From Ascoidea asiatica JCM 7603 (Eukaryota > Fungi > Ascomycota), in contig BCKQ01000008.1 of assembly GCA_001600695.1 (NCBI GenBank), positions 134,454 to 161,779 on the forward strand: DNA of 27,326 nt. The letters are read 5' to 3'. Position 1 is the stretch's first letter. Every line of letters starts with the position of its first letter. A program made the position numbers and the translations under genes. This document shows positions 10,618 through 20,556 of the stretch, piece after piece. The notes under the pieces are model-generated. The model saw only the letters and a list, made by a program, of their open reading frames with translations. It was not told the origin of the DNA and did not search any database.

Positions 10618-12765
10618 CTAAACTTTATTAAACTTAACATTACCCATTGTTGATCTTCTGTTAATAATTGGTCTATTTAATCTATTCTCAATCAATTCAT
10701 TATTCTCAATTGAAACACTTTTACTTCTATTATATTTATAATTATATTTATATTTATCATTTGTTTTAATATTTGATGCAATTGTATTATTCAAATATCC
10801 TCTATTTCGAATATTCTTCTTTTTATTCATATTCATATTCATATTCATATTCATATTCATATTCATATTCATATTCATATTCATATTCATATTCACATTC
10901 ACATTCGCATTCATATTCACATTCGCATTCATATTCTCTTTACTAATATCCTTCTCTTTATCATTATCATTTTCTTTATCTTTATCTTTATCTTTATTTT
11001 CAATACTAATTCCACTACAATAATTATATCGAAATCTATAATCTTCTAATCCATTACTCAAACAACTTATCTTACTATTCTTACTCAATTCACTCAATCT
11101 ACTCACATTACTAGCACTACTCATATTACTTTCCTTACTTACATAACTTTTATCACTCATTATACTTTTTGAAGTTCGTGAAGTTCTTGAGGTTTTTGTA
11201 CTTTTTATAGTCTTCAAACTATTTGTAGTTCTTCTACTACCATTACTATAAATACTACTATCCTCATTTCCATTTCCATTTCCATTTCCATTTCCATTTC
11301 CAATTTTATATCTATATTTATCTCCAGAATTAAATTCTCTAATAATTTCTGTATTCTTTATGGATCTTATAAAACTTTTATAATTATTAAAAAATTCATC
11401 AATTAAATTAAATGTTAAACATGGATTAAAATGCATAGTACGAGTAATTAAATTTCCATTTAAAAATATTTTTATATATTTCTCAATTATTTTTATATCA
11501 ATATCATTTAAAAAATTCAATAAAAATCCTAATGGTTTAAATTTTATAAATTTTATTAATTTAATTCTTTTAATAATTTTAATTTTATCTTCTCCATTAT
11601 AAAAAATTAATTTTTTTTTCTCAATTTTAAAATTTTCTAAAATAAATTTATAATCAATTAATTTATTTTCTAAAATTTCTAAAATTGAATGAAATGAATT
11701 TATACCATTAATTAAACAAATTTTTTTAAAAAATTTTGAAATTTTATTTAAAATTATTAAAATTAAATCAATTTGACTTAAATTTTCATTATATTTTTTA
11801 TTAAAATTTATTATAAATTTATAAAAATTTTTTATAAAATTTATATAATCATTTTTATTATTTAAAATTTCAATTTCTTTATTATAATTATTTTTTGATA
11901 AATTTAAAAAATTATTACCATATTTTAAATTTTTAAATGGTGGTAAATCATTATAAATTGGATTATATAATTCAATTTTTTCAAATTCATTTAATTTATT
12001 AATTTCCTTATTTAATTCAATATTTAATTCTTTAAATTCTTCTTCATATCCAATATCTTGATTTCTATCATTATTATTAAAATTTTTAAATAATTCATTA
12101 TTAAAATTATCTGGAAATTTATCTAAAATTTCAATATAAATTGGTTTTCTATTTAATAAATTTGAAATAAAAGGTGTAAAAGTTTCATAACTATTATTAA
12201 CAACATGAAGTTCATTTGTCTTTTCATAATAATAAATTAATTGATAAGCTGGAATTCTATTATTATCATCATTATCTTCTTGTTCTTGTTCATGTTCTTG
12301 TTCATATTCTTGTTGATTGATATTAGTATTTAATTCTTTATTATTATAAATTATTGTATTTTCTTCATTATTATTATGAGTATTATTAAGATCTTTATCA
12401 AAAGAACTTGTATTTGAAGATTGTGTTGAATTTTGAAAATTTTTTGAATAATTAAAAGATTCAATTAAAGATTCATTTTGAGAATCAATTGAAGATTGAT
12501 AATTTGATTCATTTATTAATTCATTTTCTTTTAAAACTTCATTAATTTTTTCATTAAATGAATTTTTATTTAAATTTTTATTTAAATTGTTAATATTATT
12601 TATATTTTTAACATTTTTACTTATAATTTTATTGATTTTATTAATTTCACTTTCAATATCATTATTATTTATATTATTAATTGGAGTTATTATTTGAAAA
12701 TCAATATCAGTTGAATAAAAACTATCAATTTCACTTCTTTCTTCATTCATTTTTATTTCATTCAT
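10618..12765 (-). CDS. Hypothetical 715-aa protein, Asn/Lys/Ile-rich, with no recognisable domain
   Basis: A 2.1-kb open frame in very AT-rich DNA is unlikely by chance, and all internal repeats are frame-preserving hexamers. Confidence 0.75.
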   Translation of the reverse strand: MNEIKMNEERSEIDSFYSTDIDFQIITPINNINNNDIESEINKINKIISKNVKNINNINNLNKNLNKNSFNEKINEVLKENELINESNYQSSIDSQNESLIESFNYSKNFQNSTQSSNTSSFDKDLNNTHNNNEENTIIYNNKELNTNINQQEYEQEHEQEQEDNDDNNRIPAYQLIYYYEKTNELHVVNNSYETFTPFISNLLNRKPIYIEILDKFPDNFNNELFKNFNNNDRNQDIGYEEEFKELNIELNKEINKLNEFEKIELYNPIYNDLPPFKNLKYGNNFLNLSKNNYNKEIEILNNKNDYINFIKNFYKFIINFNKKYNENLSQIDLILIILNKISKFFKKICLINGINSFHSILEILENKLIDYKFILENFKIEKKKLIFYNGEDKIKIIKRIKLIKFIKFKPLGFLLNFLNDIDIKIIEKYIKIFLNGNLITRTMHFNPCLTFNLIDEFFNNYKSFIRSIKNTEIIREFNSGDKYRYKIGNGNGNGNGNGNEDSSIYSNGSRRTTNSLKTIKSTKTSRTSRTSKSIMSDKSYVSKESNMSSASNVSRLSELSKNSKISCLSNGLEDYRFRYNYCSGISIENKDKDKDKENDNDKEKDISKENMNANVNMNANVNVNMNMNMNMNMNMNMNMNMNMNMNKKKNIRNRGYLNNTIASNIKTNDKYKYNYKYNRSKSVSIENNELIENRLNRPIINRRSTMGNVKFNKV
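10825..10932. repeat. (ATTCAT)11 plus degenerate copies, encoding a (Met-Asn)n tract in the orphan ORF
   Basis: Perfect copies at 10825-10890, then ATTCAC/ATTCGC variants. Confidence 0.92.
11265..11300. repeat. (CATTTC)6 encoding a (Gly-Asn)n tract
   Basis: Read directly from the sequence. Confidence 0.9.
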
Positions 12766-12862
12766 TGATAATTTTGTATTTTGTATTTAGTATTTAGTAT
12801 TTAGTTTAGTTATTAGTTGATAGTATTGATTATAATTTGATATTATTATGGAATATATAGTG

Positions 12863-12888
12863 ATATATATATATATATATATATATAT
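12863..12888. repeat. (AT)13 microsatellite upstream of the orphan gene
   Basis: Read directly from the sequence. Confidence 0.9.
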
Positions 12889-13617
12889 TGCTGAATTAAT
12901 TGAATTGATTTGAAAATGGTGAAGAATTCTCCTTTATATCAACTCTTATTCAATCATATTTTATATAAATGTGTAAAGCTTTTGACTTTTTCTTTTATAT
13001 TTATTCTTATTTTCATTTTTTTTTCCTATCTATTTGATAGTAGAGTATAGTAATAATATTATTATTAATAATCATAATGATAATAATAATTATAATAATA
13101 AAATACGTATCTTATGATTCTTAAGTAAAACTAGAAGTAGTCGACTCCTTTAGAATGAGAAGAGCCAATAAACTTATATAAAATTTTTGAAAATATCATT
13201 ATCCATTATATCGAATGAAATTTATCATTATAATCTTTAGTTTGATAATTCTTAGTAATAAATTTGATAATACATATTTAAAATTTAATAATATACCTTA
13301 AAGTTATATTTGTTGACTGGTTAACAACGTTTAAATAATAATAAAGTGACTCTTTTCAATACTGAATTGGGGAATTGAATATGATCAAATTGAAAACAAT
13401 GGTGAATTATGAAATGATAATTTACTCCTAATTGTAAAAGAGTTAAAATAAAAATAGGTTTGTTTTGTTACACCTTTATTTTATTAAATCTTTTAACATG
13501 AACAAAACAAGAAATTGAGAGGCAATTTATTTAAAATAACAACGGCCTCACTGGAAATATCCTATTTAAGATATATGTGGCGGTGCAACCAAATCTTACA
13601 AAAACAAAAGCTCTTTT

Positions 13618-13678
13618 AAACGCACTTTCAGACGCTGTTTAACACGCTTTTATTAACGCACTTCAACACGCACCTTTA
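13618..13678. repeat. Degenerate 12-bp tandem array with an invariant ACGC core (5 units)
   Basis: ACGC starts at 13620, 13632, 13644, 13656 and 13668. Confidence 0.8.
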
Positions 13679-14483
13679 AAAGTACCACAAATCTGGCGAC
13701 CCTATTTTAAATACCACTTGTATGGATGCAATACTTGAGACCATAAGCATGGGTGCGCTTATTGGGATTATTTCTTCTTTTCACTGCAACACGAAGAAAA
13801 AAGAGAAAAAAAGAAAATGGCAAGAAATAAATAAAGAAAGAAATGAAATAATAAATGAAATAGTTGAAAGACATCTTCTATTTATTACCACAATTCAATA
13901 AACATTCGAATAACACTGTTTATCATTTTGATCACTTATGTTCAAGAGAAGTGCAAAGTTATGATAGAATTCTGTTCAATCCAAGTCAGGAAGTGTAAGA
14001 ATGATTTGCTTGTTACTTGATGTCCTCACTGAGGCTGTTCGTTTGGTCTGCTTATAAAATTTCATCTTCAAAGTTTATATCCACTTTCCTAATTGGGGTA
14101 TTTCAATGAACCCCATTTCCAATATTTTATTAAATTTATAATAATTACTTTTTAACCACTATTTTTTAATTATTAATATGCATAATAATCAATTAATGAA
14201 ATCAAAATTGATATTGATGTCAAATATTAATACCAAATTATGATTTATCATTTTCAATATCTTTCCAAAAATCCCTTACATTTTTAAACAATGAATGATT
14301 CAATTAATTTTGTTGATTTATTAATTTATTGATTGATATATTAATTAATCAATTATCTATCTAATTTTATTAATAATCATAATTTTTATATAAAAACCTT
14401 TAAATTATAACTTTCACAAATTAATTATCTTTTGACAAAATAAAGATCTAACATCTTTAAATGAATTTGAAATAATCTTAATA

Positions 14484-17400
14484 ATGGCTTTAAAAAAATT
14501 CAAAATTAAAAGTAATCATGAAAATAATAATGAAATTGATAATGAAAATAATAATGAAAGAAATAATGAAAATCAAAATAAGAAAAAATTGAAAAAATTA
14601 AATAATTATGATATAAATATAGAATTATATAATCTTAGTATGAATTATCTGACTGAATTAAATGATTCAAATAATTTAAATAATCAAAATAATAGAAATA
14701 GTAGAATAAGTATACTATCAAATAATATTACCAATAATAATAATAATAATAATAGTAATAATATTATTAATCTTAGTAATAGTAATATTAATAACCTAAA
14801 TAATATTAATAGAAATAGTTTTATATATTTAAATCCAAATTCAAATAAAAGAAATACTCTGAATGCTTTGAAAGAATTAGAAATAAATACTTTTTCTGCA
14901 AATTCTTCTTCTTCTTCTCTACACAATGAAACTAATAACGATAACAATAATAATAACAATAATACTGATAATCCTTTTATTGAAATCTATACTCCAACCT
15001 CAACTTCCAATCCTCATTCAAATTCATTTTATATGAAAAATGATATTGAAAATAATTTAAATTCAAATAATGATGTAACTATTTATGATAATCAAAATTC
15101 TATATCTCCAATACCTCAATTTCAAAAACATATTTTATCTTTATTTATGTCAAAAAAAGTTCCTTCAATTCCTTCAAATGATGAAAGAAAAAAAATCCCA
15201 ATGAATACTTGTAATTGGTTAAGTTATTTATTCTTTTGGTGGTTACATCCAATAATGTTAACAGGTTATAAAAGAACCTTGACAAATAATGATTTATGGT
15301 ATTTATCTGAAGATTTAAAAATTAATACTATTTATCAAAAATTTAATCAAATTTTAATTAATAAATTAAATTCAGAAGAAAATCCTAAAAGACTTACTGT
15401 AAATATTTTATGTTTATCATTATATAAAACTTTTCAAAAAAGATATATAATTGCGACAATATGTTGTCTTTGTTCTCAAACGATAGGTTCATTATCTCCT
15501 TTATTAGTTAAACAATTAATAGCTTTTATAGAAAGTAGAACTTATGATAATTCAATAAAAATTAATAATGGTTTAGCTTATTCAATTGCTTCTTCATTTT
15601 TAATTTTTTTAAATGGTTTATTATTTAATCATTTTTTCTTTAATTCAATGATTGTTGGAATTCAAGTTAAATCTTTATTGACTAAATTAATTTTTGATAA
15701 ATCTTTTAAATTAAATTTAAATTCAAGATTAAAATTTTCTGACGGTGATATAACCTCATTAATGGGTACTGATCTTTCAAGAATTGATTTAGCTATTGGT
15801 TTACAACCAATAATTTTTTCATTCCCAATAATTATAATTCCATTAGCTTTATTAATTCATAATATTGGTACACCTTCATTAGTTGGAGTTGGATTATTTT
15901 TAACTGTAACTTTTTCATTATCTTTTTTAACTGGTTTATTAATTAGATATAGAAAAATTGCAACTGAATTTACTGATAAAAGAATAAATACAATTAGAGA
16001 AATTTTAAATTCAATTAAAATGATTAAATATTATACTTGGGAAATTCCATATGAAAATAAAATTAAAGATATAAGAGAAAAAGAAACCAAAGCTTTATTT
16101 AAAATTCAATTAGTTAGAAGTTTTTTTTTAGCAATTGCAGAAACTTTACCAACAATGTCTGCGATGTTATCTTTTATTACCGTTTATAAAACTAATAGTA
16201 AAGGTCAAGATCCTGCAAGTATATTTTCTTCTCTTTCTTTATTTGACCAATTAGCCTCTTTAATAATTATGGTACCAAGTGCTATTGCAACTTCTGTAGA
16301 TGCTAAATTAGGAATGGGTAGAGTTGTTGAATTTTTAAATGCTGAGGAAGATAATATTGATGAGAATTTAGAAATCGAAGAAGAAAGAAAAAATTTATTT
16401 CAACTTGATACTAATATGGCAATTCAAGTTAAAAATGCAACTTTTAAATGGAAAATAAATAAATTAAATGAAAATAATGAACAGGAAACTGAAACAAGTT
16501 CTCATAATAGTATTAGTAATGGAAATGGTAGTGAAAACAATGATGATAATAAAAATGAAAAAACTCATAAAAAAGATTTTACTTTAACATCAGATTGCGT
16601 TTCTCCGGTAAGTAAACTTTCAAATAATGAAATACAACTCGATGATGATGATGACGATGATAGAAATACAATCAAGGTTGATCCAAATCAAAATCCATTT
16701 GTCGACCCTTCTAATTTTCCAGGATTAGTCAATGTGAATCTTAATATTAGAAAAGGAGAGTTTATAATTGTTACTGGATTCATTGGCTGTGGAAAATCTT
16801 CATTATTATCAGCATTGTCTGGGTTTATGGAAAAAGAAGAAGGTGTTTTGAAAATCAATGATTCTATGTTATTATGTGGATATCCATGGATTCAAAATGC
16901 AACAATTAAAGATAATATTCTATTCGGTCAAGATTATAATGAAAAAAAATATAAGAAAATTTTAAATGCATGTGCTTTAACTTCAGATCTTAATAGTTTT
17001 CCAGCTGGTGATAATACTGAAATTGGTGAAAGAGGTATAACATTATCAGGAGGTCAAAAAGCTAGAATTAATTTAGCTAGAGCTGTTTATAATGATAAAA
17101 GTATTATATTATTAGATGACGTTTTAAGTGCGGTTGATGCTAAAGTAGGAAGACATATAATGCAATATTGTATATTTGGATTATTAAAACATAAAACTAG
17201 AATTTTAGCAACTCATCAGTTATCATTAATTGATTATGCAGATAGAATTATATTTTTAAAAGGAGACGGAAATTTAATTTGTGGAACAGAAGATGAGATT
17301 AAAAGTTCCTGTCCGGATTTTGTTCAATTGATGACATATGCACAAGAAGCACAAACTGAAGAAGTTGATTCTAACAATTATAATAATGATTACGATGGTG

Positions 17401-19370
17401 ATGATAATGAAGATAAGAAATTTGATCATTTGAATGAAACTGAGGAAGAACAAAAATTCGAGAATGAGAATGAAAATTCCAATGATGGACATATAGTTGA
17501 AGATGAAGAAAGAGCTGTTAATAAAATTTCTCCTAAAATATATTTAAGATATATTAAAGCGGGATCAGGGGTATTTAAATGGTTTGCAATACCATTTTTA
17601 TCAATTCTTGTTGCAATTGAAACATTTTGTGAAGTTTTTACCAATACATGGTTATCATTTTGGACAGGAAATAAATTTGGATTATCAGATAATGTATATA
17701 TTGGAGTTTATGTTTTATTTACATTCACTTTTACAATATCAGCAGCAGGATTTTTTGTAATGATATTATATATATCAAATACAGCTGCAAAAAATTTGAT
17801 TTTAAAAGCAGTTAGTAGAGTTTTACATTCACCAATGTCATTTATGGATACAACACCAATGGGTAGAATTCTTAATAGATTTACAAAAGATACAGATGCT
17901 ATTGATAATGAAATCAGTGAACAATTGAGAATGTTATTAATGGGAATTTCCCAATTAATTGGAGTTATAATATTATGTGTAGTTTATTTACCATGGTTTG
18001 GACTTGCATTACCAGTAATGGGAGTTGTTTTTATTTGTATGACATCATTTTATCAAGCCTCAGGTAGAGAAATTAAGAGACTAGAAGCATTAAATAGATC
18101 ATTAGTTTATAATAATTTCAATGAAGGGCTTTCAGGTAAGGATACAATTAAAGCATATAAAGTTTTTGAGAATTTTTCATCAAAAAATGAAAAAAAAATA
18201 GATTGTATGAATGAAGCATATTATGTAGTTGTTTCAACACAAAGATGGTTAGGTATAAATCTAAATATTATTGCAACAAGTTTTTCATTTATAATTTCAA
18301 TACTTTGTGTAAGTAAGAAATTTTCAATAAATGCGTCATCAGCTGGATTATTATTAAGTAATACAATTGGTATAACGGGATTAGTTTCTATGGTTGTTAA
18401 ATCTTTAACACAAGTTGAAAATGAAATGAACGCAGTTGAAAGAATTATTTATTATGCATATGATTTAATTGTTGAAAAAAAATATGAAATTATTGAAAGA
18501 AAACCTGAAAGTAATTGGCCAAGATTTGGACAAATTAGTTTTGAAAATGTTTCATTGAATTATAGAGATGGATTACCATTAGTTTTAAAAGATTTAAGTT
18601 TTAAAATTAAGCCATTTGAAAAAATTGGAATTTGTGGTAGAACAGGAGCAGGAAAGTCAAGTATTATGACGGCATTATATAGATTAAATGAATTAAAAGA
18701 AGGTATAATCAGAATAGATGGATTAGATATTTCAAAGATTGGATTGAAAGATTTAAGAAGTAAATTAAGTATTATACCACAAGATCCAATTTTGTTTAAA
18801 GGTACCATTCGAGAAAATTTAGATCCATTCAATATAAATACAGATGAAGAGCTATGGGATGCATTAAGAAGATCGGATTTAATTGATGAAGAAATTTTAG
18901 AAAATGTTAAAAGGCAAGCAATAGCAATTGAGAATAACCATAATCAAGAAAATGAAACTGGTAATGAGAACTTAAAAGATGAAAATAAGAATCTTCACAA
19001 ATTTCATTTAGATCAACAAGTTGAAGATGAAGGAAGTAACTTTTCCTTAGGAGAAAAGCAATTATTAGCATTAGCTAGAGCATTAGTACGTAATTCAAAG
19101 ATACTAATATTGGATGAAGCTACATCCAGTGTTGATTATGAAACCGATTCTAAGATTCAAAATACTATTAAAACCGAATTCAAAGATTGTACAATATTGT
19201 GTATTGCTCATAGATTAAGAACCATCTTAAACTATGATAGAATTTTGGTTTTAGAAAAAGGTGAAATTGAAGAATTTGGTAAACCTATAAAGCTTTATAA
19301 TAATGAGGATAGTATATTCCGAGATATGTGTAACAAACTAAACATTGAAGAAAAGGATTTCAATCTCTAA
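14484..19370 (+). CDS. YOR1: YOR1-like ABCC (MRP/CFTR family, no TMD0) multidrug transporter, copy M, complete
   Basis: TMD1-NBD1-TMD2-NBD2 architecture. NBD1: GFIGCGKS, LSGGQ, ILLDD. NBD2: GRTGAGKS, FSLGEKQ, LILDEATSSVDYETD, IAHRL. Also MGTDLSRIDLAIG. It is a paralogue rather than necessarily the orthologue. Confidence 0.93.
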   Translation: MALKKFKIKSNHENNNEIDNENNNERNNENQNKKKLKKLNNYDINIELYNLSMNYLTELNDSNNLNNQNNRNSRISILSNNITNNNNNNNSNNIINLSNSNINNLNNINRNSFIYLNPNSNKRNTLNALKELEINTFSANSSSSSLHNETNNDNNNNNNNTDNPFIEIYTPTSTSNPHSNSFYMKNDIENNLNSNNDVTIYDNQNSISPIPQFQKHILSLFMSKKVPSIPSNDERKKIPMNTCNWLSYLFFWWLHPIMLTGYKRTLTNNDLWYLSEDLKINTIYQKFNQILINKLNSEENPKRLTVNILCLSLYKTFQKRYIIATICCLCSQTIGSLSPLLVKQLIAFIESRTYDNSIKINNGLAYSIASSFLIFLNGLLFNHFFFNSMIVGIQVKSLLTKLIFDKSFKLNLNSRLKFSDGDITSLMGTDLSRIDLAIGLQPIIFSFPIIIIPLALLIHNIGTPSLVGVGLFLTVTFSLSFLTGLLIRYRKIATEFTDKRINTIREILNSIKMIKYYTWEIPYENKIKDIREKETKALFKIQLVRSFFLAIAETLPTMSAMLSFITVYKTNSKGQDPASIFSSLSLFDQLASLIIMVPSAIATSVDAKLGMGRVVEFLNAEEDNIDENLEIEEERKNLFQLDTNMAIQVKNATFKWKINKLNENNEQETETSSHNSISNGNGSENNDDNKNEKTHKKDFTLTSDCVSPVSKLSNNEIQLDDDDDDDRNTIKVDPNQNPFVDPSNFPGLVNVNLNIRKGEFIIVTGFIGCGKSSLLSALSGFMEKEEGVLKINDSMLLCGYPWIQNATIKDNILFGQDYNEKKYKKILNACALTSDLNSFPAGDNTEIGERGITLSGGQKARINLARAVYNDKSIILLDDVLSAVDAKVGRHIMQYCIFGLLKHKTRILATHQLSLIDYADRIIFLKGDGNLICGTEDEIKSSCPDFVQLMTYAQEAQTEEVDSNNYNNDYDGDDNEDKKFDHLNETEEEQKFENENENSNDGHIVEDEERAVNKISPKIYLRYIKAGSGVFKWFAIPFLSILVAIETFCEVFTNTWLSFWTGNKFGLSDNVYIGVYVLFTFTFTISAAGFFVMILYISNTAAKNLILKAVSRVLHSPMSFMDTTPMGRILNRFTKDTDAIDNEISEQLRMLLMGISQLIGVIILCVVYLPWFGLALPVMGVVFICMTSFYQASGREIKRLEALNRSLVYNNFNEGLSGKDTIKAYKVFENFSSKNEKKIDCMNEAYYVVVSTQRWLGINLNIIATSFSFIISILCVSKKFSINASSAGLLLSNTIGITGLVSMVVKSLTQVENEMNAVERIIYYAYDLIVEKKYEIIERKPESNWPRFGQISFENVSLNYRDGLPLVLKDLSFKIKPFEKIGICGRTGAGKSSIMTALYRLNELKEGIIRIDGLDISKIGLKDLRSKLSIIPQDPILFKGTIRENLDPFNINTDEELWDALRRSDLIDEEILENVKRQAIAIENNHNQENETGNENLKDENKNLHKFHLDQQVEDEGSNFSLGEKQLLALARALVRNSKILILDEATSSVDYETDSKIQNTIKTEFKDCTILCIAHRLRTILNYDRILVLEKGEIEEFGKPIKLYNNEDSIFRDMCNKLNIEEKDFNL

Positions 19371-19514
19371 GACTCATGATAATGGGGTTATTGTAAAATA
19401 ATATAGTCTTCAAGTTATTTGAATCTTCTGTAAAGTAAAATAAATATATTTCAAGTACCATGAATATAAAGTTATCTGGATATCACCAAAAGGACCCTTT
19501 ATTGGAAGCTAACC

Positions 19515-19940
19515 TGAAGCATTACGTAATTGCTTTTTTCAATTTTTTTTGAATTGCGATTTTATTCCGTTCTCCGGAAACCGCTGAAAACAAAATAATC
19601 CTTACTTTCCGGTTAAATCATGTTTGTCCGGCCAGTCCAGTGTGTCCGAATTACCCGAAGTGTCCGTGTGGCCCACGTCAGGCAGCCAGACAAAACTGTG
19701 CATACGCCGCCGTGGCTGTGCAGCTCTTGTCCGTCTCCAATTTCAGCTTGTCCTAAGCCACCCTGGTCTGCCATATCACTCGCCACATTCCCACTACCAC
19801 TTGCCACTTCCTCTCCTGAGGCTCGAGTAAAGTGCACCAGTGCGCCACAGTTAAGTCACTGTCCAGTCACTGTTCTGTCTCTGTTTACGCGTTGTTTACC
19901 CAGCGGCCATTGTGTGATTTCATCTCTGCCGGCTTTGACT
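19515..19940. promoter_or_regulatory. GC-rich island upstream of the PLB gene with ATTACGTAAT palindrome (19521-19530) and TGTCCG x4
   Basis: TGTCCG at 19625, 19643, 19661 and 19728, plus a bZIP-type palindrome. The function is inferred. Confidence 0.45.
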
Positions 19941-20556
19941 GTTATTTACCAATCCATCAGTCTGCTAGAATAAACACTTCTTTCTTTCTAGATCTCTAAT
20001 AATTTAGCATTTTATTACTTTTATAATTTGGGTTTATTTGGTACAATTCCTTAACGAGATATCGGTTTCAAGCTCAAATAGGAGCATTAGATTTGTAGAG
20101 ATACTAATTAATGAAATAATAATAATAATAAAAATAATAAAAATAATAATGAAATATAAAGAAATAAGAATAAAAACTATAGATTTGGAATAATTTATTC
20201 TCCTAATTCCCTTTTAGACCTTTTATTTCTCTGTTTCTCCAATGATTTTCACCATAGCCAGTGGCTTTAAGTAAAGAAAAGAATCTCACATCTAATTACT
20301 TTTCTTACTCTATTTTTCCTTTTTATTCCAATTATAAAAGAAACTTCAAATCAACCTCTTTTTTTTTTGTTTTTTTTTTGTCAACATTGATTATTAGTAA
20401 TATATATCTTACTATATCCATAATAATTTATTATATATAATCATATATATAAATATAATTAATCAATTATATTTCTCTATAATCAATATTTCATATAAAT
20501 TATAATCATAATTGAAAATATATAAATAGAAATAGAAATAGAGTAGAAATATAAAA

